DNA of 64,000 bases from Thermodesulfobacteriota bacterium (GTDB taxonomy: Bacteria; Desulfobacterota; Desulfobacteria; Desulfobacterales; C00003060): NCBI GenBank assembly GCA_034189385.1, contig JAXHVD010000002.1, positions 1-64,000 on the forward strand. Reading direction: 5' to 3'. Of this stretch, positions 62,901-64,000 are shown piece after piece; the stretch's first letter is position 1, and every line of letters begins with the position of its first letter. The translations under genes were made by a program, and so were the position numbers. Under the pieces are notes generated by a model. The model saw nothing but the letters and a program-made list of their open reading frames with translations, searched no databases and had not been told where the DNA came from.

Positions 62901-64000
62901 TGAGAGGCTCCCCCTTGAACAGCCTCTCTCATGGTCTCCTGGATGGTTTCAAAGGTCACGACACCTTCTAGTCTGTTGTGCTGATCTACGACAGCCAGGA
63001 CATCTGAGCCGCTGGTCAACATAAGAGAAAGGGCCTCACTGAGCACAGCGTTTTTGCCGGCAGCAACAGACGAGATCTTGGTGATCTCTTTCACCCTGCC
63101 TGCTCCTTGTGCATCTGAAGCAGAAGCCCATCCCCTGAACTTGCCGTCAGGCTCAATGACCGCCAGCCGATCGATGCCATATTGCTTCATCCGTTTTCGG
63201 GCAGCTTCAGTCTTCTCGTCAGGATGTGCCGTGGGCGGGGACTTCCACATGACCTCCCTTGTGCGGATGAGCTGCAGACCTTTGAGCCCCCGATCAGCAC
63301 CAACAAAACCTGCCACAAAGGAATCTTTGGGCCTGAAAAGCAAGTCTGCAGGCGGCGCGTATTGCACGAGCTGGCCTTCCTTCATCAGGGCTATCTTGTC
63401 TCCCATCTTGATAGCCTCATAAATGTCGTGGGTAACTAGGATGATGGTCTTCTTTATCTCCTGCTGTATCTTCAAGAACTCGTTCTGCAATTCCAGTCGA
63501 GTGATGGGGTCTATGGCACCAAAAGGCTCATCCATGAGGAGCACAGGAGGATCCCCCCCCAATGCCCGGGCCACGCCCACCCGCTGGCGCTCGCCACCAG
63601 AGAGTTCGCGGGGGTATTTTTCTATGTATTCATGAGGCCTCATCCTCAGGAGTTCCAAGAGTTCCTCTGCCCGCTTTCTTTGTTCGGCCTTTGTCCAGCC
63701 CTTCAGAGCAGGAACGGTTTCAATGTTTTCTCCAACCGTCATGTGAGGGAAAAGTCCCACATCCTGAATGGCGTAGCCTATATTCCTGCGAAGCTCAGTT
63801 TCATCCATCGTCGAATTGTCTGAGCCATCAATATAGATGCTGCCGTCGGTCATGGCGATCAGTCGATTAATCATCTTCATGGTGGTGGTCTTCCCACATC
63901 CAGACGGGCCTAGCAGAACGCAGAGTTCCCCTTTCAGGACTTCAAAGCTTACCCTCCTGACGGCCACGGTGCCATCAGGGTAGACCTTGGTGACGTTTTC
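62897..64000 (-). CDS. Osmoprotectant ABC ATPase with CBS domains; 5' end lies beyond the window
   Basis: ENVTKVYPDG at the window edge, GPSGCGKT, LSGGE, MDEPFGA. Confidence 0.93.
   Translation of the reverse strand, partial: ENVTKVYPDGTVAVRRVSFEVLKGELCVLLGPSGCGKTTTMKMINRLIAMTDGSIYIDGSDNSTMDETELRRNIGYAIQDVGLFPHMTVGENIETVPALKGWTKAEQRKRAEELLELLRMRPHEYIEKYPRELSGGERQRVGVARALGGDPPVLLMDEPFGAIDPITRLELQNEFLKIQQEIKKTIILVTHDIYEAIKMGDKIALMKEGQLVQYAPPADLLFRPKDSFVAGFVGADRGLKGLQLIRTREVMWKSPPTAHPDEKTEAARKRMKQYGIDRLAVIEPDGKFRGWASASDAQGAGRVKEITKISSVAAGKNAVLSEALSLMLTSGSDVLAVVDQHNRLEGVVTFETIQETMREAVQGGASQ

Overview
The gene content suggests a sulfate-reducing deltaproteobacterium (Desulfobacterales-like); this is an inference. 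1-12.7 kb is a decaying integron-type cassette array. It has about 11 attC-like palindromes, most mutated in the invariant AAC/GTT cores, and no IntI in the window. It carries a yefM-yoeB cassette, deletion-fused chimeric cassettes, IS630, RAYT and tyrosine-recombinase remnants, and two MITE families. 15-19.5 kb holds two paralogous secreted-protein genes, a beta-propeller protein and an ~8-haem cytochrome c. They share a duplicated leader and C-terminal IPT-like domains, and each is split by one in-frame stop; the cytochrome UGA is followed by a SECIS-like hairpin. The rest is mostly core genome: hisD, guaA (synthetase subunit only), purN, divergent outer-membrane beta-barrel paralogue pairs, a MacAB-type ABC exporter, a hybrid histidine kinase, a WYL-thiolase-crotonase-acyl-CoA dehydrogenase-isobutyryl-CoA mutase cluster, glnK-amtB and an osmoprotectant ABC transporter. 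No rRNA, tRNA or CRISPR array was seen. All family calls are by eye, without database searches.
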